DNA from: Blastocatellia bacterium
GTDB taxonomy: Bacteria > Acidobacteriota > Blastocatellia > UBA7656
Assembly (NCBI GenBank): GCA_963765495.1
Contig: CAVXWP010000001.1
Coordinates: 576,001 to 640,000, forward strand
DNA length: 64,000 nucleotides
Direction of reading: 5' to 3'
This document shows, one piece after another, positions 59,915-64,000 of this stretch. The stretch's first letter is position 1, and each line of letters begins with the position of its first letter. The notes beneath the pieces were generated by a model. That model ran no database searches. It saw only the letters and a program-made list of their open reading frames with translations, and was not told where the DNA came from. The translations under genes and the position numbers were made by a program.

Positions 59915-61952
59915 AGTGATTCACAAAGTGCCTCTCAAAGAGGCAAGCGAGGATGGATCAGATCCGCTGGTCTCACGTGAATGGCTGGTAACGAACGGGC
60001 TTGGGGGGTACGCTTCGGGGACGATTTCAGGCGTCCTGACGCGGCGGTTTCATGGGATGCTCGTAGCCTCGCTGCCCGCGCCGTTCGGTCGAATGATGAT
60101 GCTCAACAAGGTTTCGGAGCGGGTCCATCTGTCGGATGGTTCGACTATCCGGCTCGACGGAGAAGACCACATTGATAAATCCTTAAACCTGTATGATGCG
60201 AAATATCTGACCGGGTTCCGGCTCGAAATGGGGTTGCCCGTCTGGCGCTATGAAATCGAAGGCACGATTCTGGAAAAGCGCGTCCTTCTACCTTACAAGC
60301 AAAACACCGTCTATATCACCTACACCATGCTTGCCGGAGACGGCAAAATAAGGCTTGAACTGCACCCGGCTGTTCAGTTTCGCCCGCACGAAGGAAGGTT
60401 GGACGTGAAGACGCAGAAGCCCTACCGGCTGGCGATAGTCGAGGATCGTTATGAGTTGTCAAGCGACGCTCAATTGCCGTCGCTCAGGATGCAGATTTAC
60501 TCCAAGCAGGAAGCCTTCACATTTTCTAGAAAGCATATACGCGACCTGTGTTATCAAAGGGAGCAGAGCAGGGGGTACGATTACACTGGCGATCTGTGGA
60601 GCCCGGGTTATTTCCACGCGGAGCTTAGCGAAGGGAGCGCCGCGACGCTCGTAGCCTCTACCGAAGAATGGGAGACCATTCATGCCATGCCGCCAAGCGA
60701 GGCGTTTGATTCCGAGTGCGAACGCCGCCGCCAGTTGCTCAGCGCGGCGCACGTGAAGGCTCAGGAGGGAACGGCCGCCGAACTTGTGTTTGCCGCCGAC
60801 CAGTTCTTGATAACCCCCGCCGGTCGCGTGGAAGACGCGGCGCGCGCTCACGCTTCAGGCGAAGAGTTACGCTCGGTCATAGCCGGTTACCACTGGTTCA
60901 CCGACTGGGGCCGCGACACCATGATCAGCCTCGAAGGGCTGACGCTTGTGACCGGACGCCAGAAGGAGGCCAACTGGATACTGCGCACCTTCGCGCATTA
61001 CATCCGCGACGGCCTGATCCCGAATATGTTCCCCGAAGGCGAAAAGCAGGGCCTATATCACACGGCTGATGCCACGCTCTGGTTCTTTCACGCGATGTCG
61101 CGCTACGTCGCCTCCACAGGTGATCGAGAGACTTTGCGAGTGCTGCTTCCTCGCCTGATAGAGATCATAGACCATCATCTGAAAGGCACGCGCTTTGGCA
61201 TCAAGGTAGACCCGAGTGACGGGTTGTTGACTCAGGGCGAGGAGGGCTATCAACTTACGTGGATGGATGCCAAGGTCGGCGATTGGGTAGTGACTCCGCG
61301 CCGGGGCAAGGCCGTCGAGATAAACGCGCTGTGGTACAACGCCTTGAGATGTGTGGAAGAGTGGGTGCGCGAAGCGCAGAATGAAGATAAGGCGCGTCCC
61401 TTTGCCGAGCACGCCGACCGCGTCCTCAGATCGTTCAACGAGCGATTCTGGTATGAGGAAGGCGGGTACCTTTACGACCTGATTGACGGCGAGCACGGAG
61501 ATGATCCCGCCTTACGACCGAATCAGATATTTGCCCTATCGCTCCCTTACGCGATTCTCGACCGCGAGCATTGGGAGCCGGTCGTAGAGATCGTGCGCAA
61601 ACAATTGCTCACACCTGTCGGGCTCCGCTCGCTCGCGCCGGGGCACGCGGATTACAAGTCCACTTATGACGGCGACCTTCACGCGCGCGATGCGGCCTAT
61701 CATCAGGGAACGGTGTGGGGATGGCTGATCGGCCCGTTCATTGACGCGTGGCTCAAACTGCACCCGGAAGACATCAAGGGCGCAAGAGAGATGCTCGAAG
61801 GATTCGTGCCTCATCTGGATGAATTCGGCGTAGGCTCGATAGCCGAAATCTTCGACGCCGAACCGCCTTATCATCCGCGCGGCTGTATCGCTCAGGCATG
61901 GAGCATAGCCGAAGTGCTCCGTTGCTGGGTGAAAACGACAACTGAGGGATGA
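59907..61952 (+). CDS. Glycogen debranching enzyme (amylo-alpha-1,6-glucosidase, GDE_N + GDE_C)
   Basis: REWLVTNGLGGYASG, AGYHWFTDWGRDTMI, LTWMDAK, YHQGTVW, QAWS; overlaps treZ by 8 bp. Confidence 0.93.
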   Translation: MNEVIHKVPLKEASEDGSDPLVSREWLVTNGLGGYASGTISGVLTRRFHGMLVASLPAPFGRMMMLNKVSERVHLSDGSTIRLDGEDHIDKSLNLYDAKYLTGFRLEMGLPVWRYEIEGTILEKRVLLPYKQNTVYITYTMLAGDGKIRLELHPAVQFRPHEGRLDVKTQKPYRLAIVEDRYELSSDAQLPSLRMQIYSKQEAFTFSRKHIRDLCYQREQSRGYDYTGDLWSPGYFHAELSEGSAATLVASTEEWETIHAMPPSEAFDSECERRRQLLSAAHVKAQEGTAAELVFAADQFLITPAGRVEDAARAHASGEELRSVIAGYHWFTDWGRDTMISLEGLTLVTGRQKEANWILRTFAHYIRDGLIPNMFPEGEKQGLYHTADATLWFFHAMSRYVASTGDRETLRVLLPRLIEIIDHHLKGTRFGIKVDPSDGLLTQGEEGYQLTWMDAKVGDWVVTPRRGKAVEINALWYNALRCVEEWVREAQNEDKARPFAEHADRVLRSFNERFWYEEGGYLYDLIDGEHGDDPALRPNQIFALSLPYAILDREHWEPVVEIVRKQLLTPVGLRSLAPGHADYKSTYDGDLHARDAAYHQGTVWGWLIGPFIDAWLKLHPEDIKGAREMLEGFVPHLDEFGVGSIAEIFDAEPPYHPRGCIAQAWSIAEVLRCWVKTTTEG

Positions 61953-62052
61953 GGGATGAAAAGGACTGTCAGGATAGATTTCGATGATATGGTCAATCCC
62001 ATTAATCGGGATGTTTCCCCAGAGTCCTTTTCATCCCTCATCCCTCATCCCT
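61944..62052. repeat. GGGATGA-family palindromic element between convergent genes
   Basis: Arms supply both stop codons; core homologous to 11433-11530. Confidence 0.85.
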
Positions 62053-63496
62053 TCGTATGCGCTTGTATCCAGTCGCCTATAACTTTGAGGGCAAGCGGAG
62101 AGATCGTCTCTTCGATTGAGGAGTATTCGACGGGCGAGCCGGTTTTACTGGTCTGGAACAGATGATTGAGGTTTGGAAGTTTTACCAGAGTGTAATCGTT
62201 GTTGCCGCCGTCTTCGAGGGCCTTCGAGATAGCGGGCAGGTTTGCGCTGGGAGGAACCTGTAAATCCTTAGCGCCGTTTATCGCAAGGACCGGGCATTTC
62301 ACTTTCATGAGTGTGGGGCGCGGGTCGTAGGTGAGGAAGTATTGAAACCACGGCGTGAGAAGAGTCTTCAGATTGTTTTCAAGCGAGCTTTCGGAGATGC
62401 CCATCTTCTTCTTTTCCTCTTCGGTCATTGTGGCCATATCGGCAAGCGTCTTTTCGCGTATCTTCTTTTCAGCGACTTTCAAATCCTTCTCCTGTTTCAT
62501 CACCGAGAAGATTTTTTCCTGCGCCTGACGAGAGCGAGCTACGACCTCGTCGCTTGCGCCGTTTGCTTTTGCGATCAATTCGCCCTGAAGATAGAGAATC
62601 TCTTCGCCGGTTATGCCGGGTCCGGCCATCAGAATTATGAACGCGACATCTGCCGATTTTACGGCCACAATCGGCGCGATTATTCCGCCTTCGCTATGGC
62701 CCAGAATTCCAATCCGGTGGTTGTTTATCTCTTTACGGCTCTTGAGAAACTCTACGCCCGCAAGCGCGTCGCCCGCGAAATCCTGGCTTGTGGCTTCTCG
62801 GAAATTGCCGGTTGATTTGCCGACCCCGCGATCATCCACGCGAAGAACCGCTATCCCGAGGCGGGTCAGGTAATCAGCCAGCACGAGGAACGGGCGATGT
62901 CCCAGCACGGTTTCGTTGCGGTCCTGAGGGCCGGAACCTGTGACGAGAAGGACCGCCGGAAACGGTCCCTGGGAGCGCGGCAAGGTCAACGTTCCGGCAA
63001 GTGTCACTCCGGCCTCCTTGTTTTCGTATGCCACCTCTTCTTCCAGATAGGGGTAAGGCTTTTTCGGTTCCTGCGGGCGGGCAAACTCAACCGCCTTGCC
63101 GCTTTCGGAAGCGAGTTTGCGTTCGAGCTTGAAGGGAAAGGTCTGACCACCCTGTGTGAAATTCCCTGAAATCGCTTTGCCGTCTTCGGCAAGCCTTCCG
63201 CTAAAGGACGGATCGCCGGGAACTCCCGGCATGACGAAAGATATTTGTTTGTCTTCGACGGTGATCTGGCCGAGCGCGAAGTCTTTAAGCCCCTGGGCGG
63301 GAACGGCTATGGTGCCTGTCCACGCGCCCTCTTTTTGAGCCAGGTCAACCAGGATGTCGAGCTTGAGGCTGGGAACCTCTATCTGACCTTCCCAGTGTCC
63401 GGCTGCTGCGGGCGGATTTTGCGCAAGAACGCCAAGCGGCGCTTGCCCTATTAATAAGATCAGGATCGCCAGTCGCGGTAAAAAGTGCTTCGTCAT
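62045..63496 (-). CDS. Secreted alpha/beta hydrolase
   Basis: Signal peptide; GSGPQDR, DDRGVG, GHSEGG nucleophile elbow, KDLQV, LNHLFQ. Confidence 0.92.
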   Translation of the reverse strand: MTKHFLPRLAILILLIGQAPLGVLAQNPPAAAGHWEGQIEVPSLKLDILVDLAQKEGAWTGTIAVPAQGLKDFALGQITVEDKQISFVMPGVPGDPSFSGRLAEDGKAISGNFTQGGQTFPFKLERKLASESGKAVEFARPQEPKKPYPYLEEEVAYENKEAGVTLAGTLTLPRSQGPFPAVLLVTGSGPQDRNETVLGHRPFLVLADYLTRLGIAVLRVDDRGVGKSTGNFREATSQDFAGDALAGVEFLKSRKEINNHRIGILGHSEGGIIAPIVAVKSADVAFIILMAGPGITGEEILYLQGELIAKANGASDEVVARSRQAQEKIFSVMKQEKDLKVAEKKIREKTLADMATMTEEEKKKMGISESSLENNLKTLLTPWFQYFLTYDPRPTLMKVKCPVLAINGAKDLQVPPSANLPAISKALEDGGNNDYTLVKLPNLNHLFQTSKTGSPVEYSSIEETISPLALKVIGDWIQAHTKG

Positions 63497-63985
63497 TCTC
63501 AACTCCTGTCATGGTTTGATTGCTGTCTTTAGATTTCTATCATCCGGGCTCGCCGATTGGTAGAGCGCGGCAGAGGTTTGAGTGTGACGCGAGCGGCTTA
63601 ATAAGCTGAAAGGCGGTTGATCACAGAAGAGGTCGGGCTGCGCGCTAATTCTCCAATTAAACATTTTGCGTCTGCCGGACCATGTGCTATTATCCGTTCA
63701 GTTTCGCCACATCTGTATATATGGCGCAACCGTTTGGAGGCTGAATCGGGGCGGTTCGAGCAAGAAACGCTTGCCGGTAGAATTAACTCGATCAATCAAG
63801 CAGCCGCCTGGAAGTAATCTCGAATTTAATGGCTACGGTACCCCTCGCCAACTAATGATGAGTAAATCGGCGTGGCTTGCGGTTTGCCGGGCAAGTAACC
63901 GCTGTTTTGAGTGCCCGAATTTTCAAAGTATAGTAGAATAATTGTGCCCGAAGTTAGAATTGGCCCGCGCGAGGAGTTTAAGAAG

Positions 63986-64000
63986 ATGAAGCAATGCCCC
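63986..64000 (+). CDS. 5' end of the next gene (MKQCP..., likely zinc-ribbon N-terminus)
   Basis: GAGGAG SD, then ATG AAG CAA TGC CCC at the window edge. Confidence 0.5.

Noticed and set aside
63500-63985. Short ORFs or a second RAPP-type leader in the final intergenic region
   Set aside because: No RAPP-like motif, SD or recognisable domain found.

Overview
A GC-rich chromosomal segment whose gene content suggests Acidobacteriota, probably Blastocatellia (inference). It holds about 40 mostly intact genes: an APC permease, hppA, modA, a TrmH methylase, TonB-C and SpoIID proteins, a five-gene zinc-ribbon/FHA Ser/Thr signalling operon, sat, a two-component pair, TerC, a YnbAB/PlsC lipid operon, a serine hydrolase-TBDR operon, a large C25 peptidase gene broken by six +1 frameshifts, HEAT and OmpA proteins, mdh, a rimO-pgpA-nadD-cinA operon, an ISKra4-like IS next to a truncated element, and malQ/treZ/GDE. 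The best candidate for a new system is a promoter-proximal leader ORF with a signal-peptide-like N-terminus and a C-terminal RAPP ribosome-arrest motif, directly upstream of the H+-pumping pyrophosphatase gene. Also notable are families of about 100-bp intergenic palindromes with heptamer or nonamer arms and conserved cores, sometimes nested; a 17-bp motif shared by two promoter regions; and an unannotated 51-aa zinc-ribbon gene. No rRNA, tRNA or CRISPR array was recognised. All calls come from reading motifs by eye; no database searches were run.
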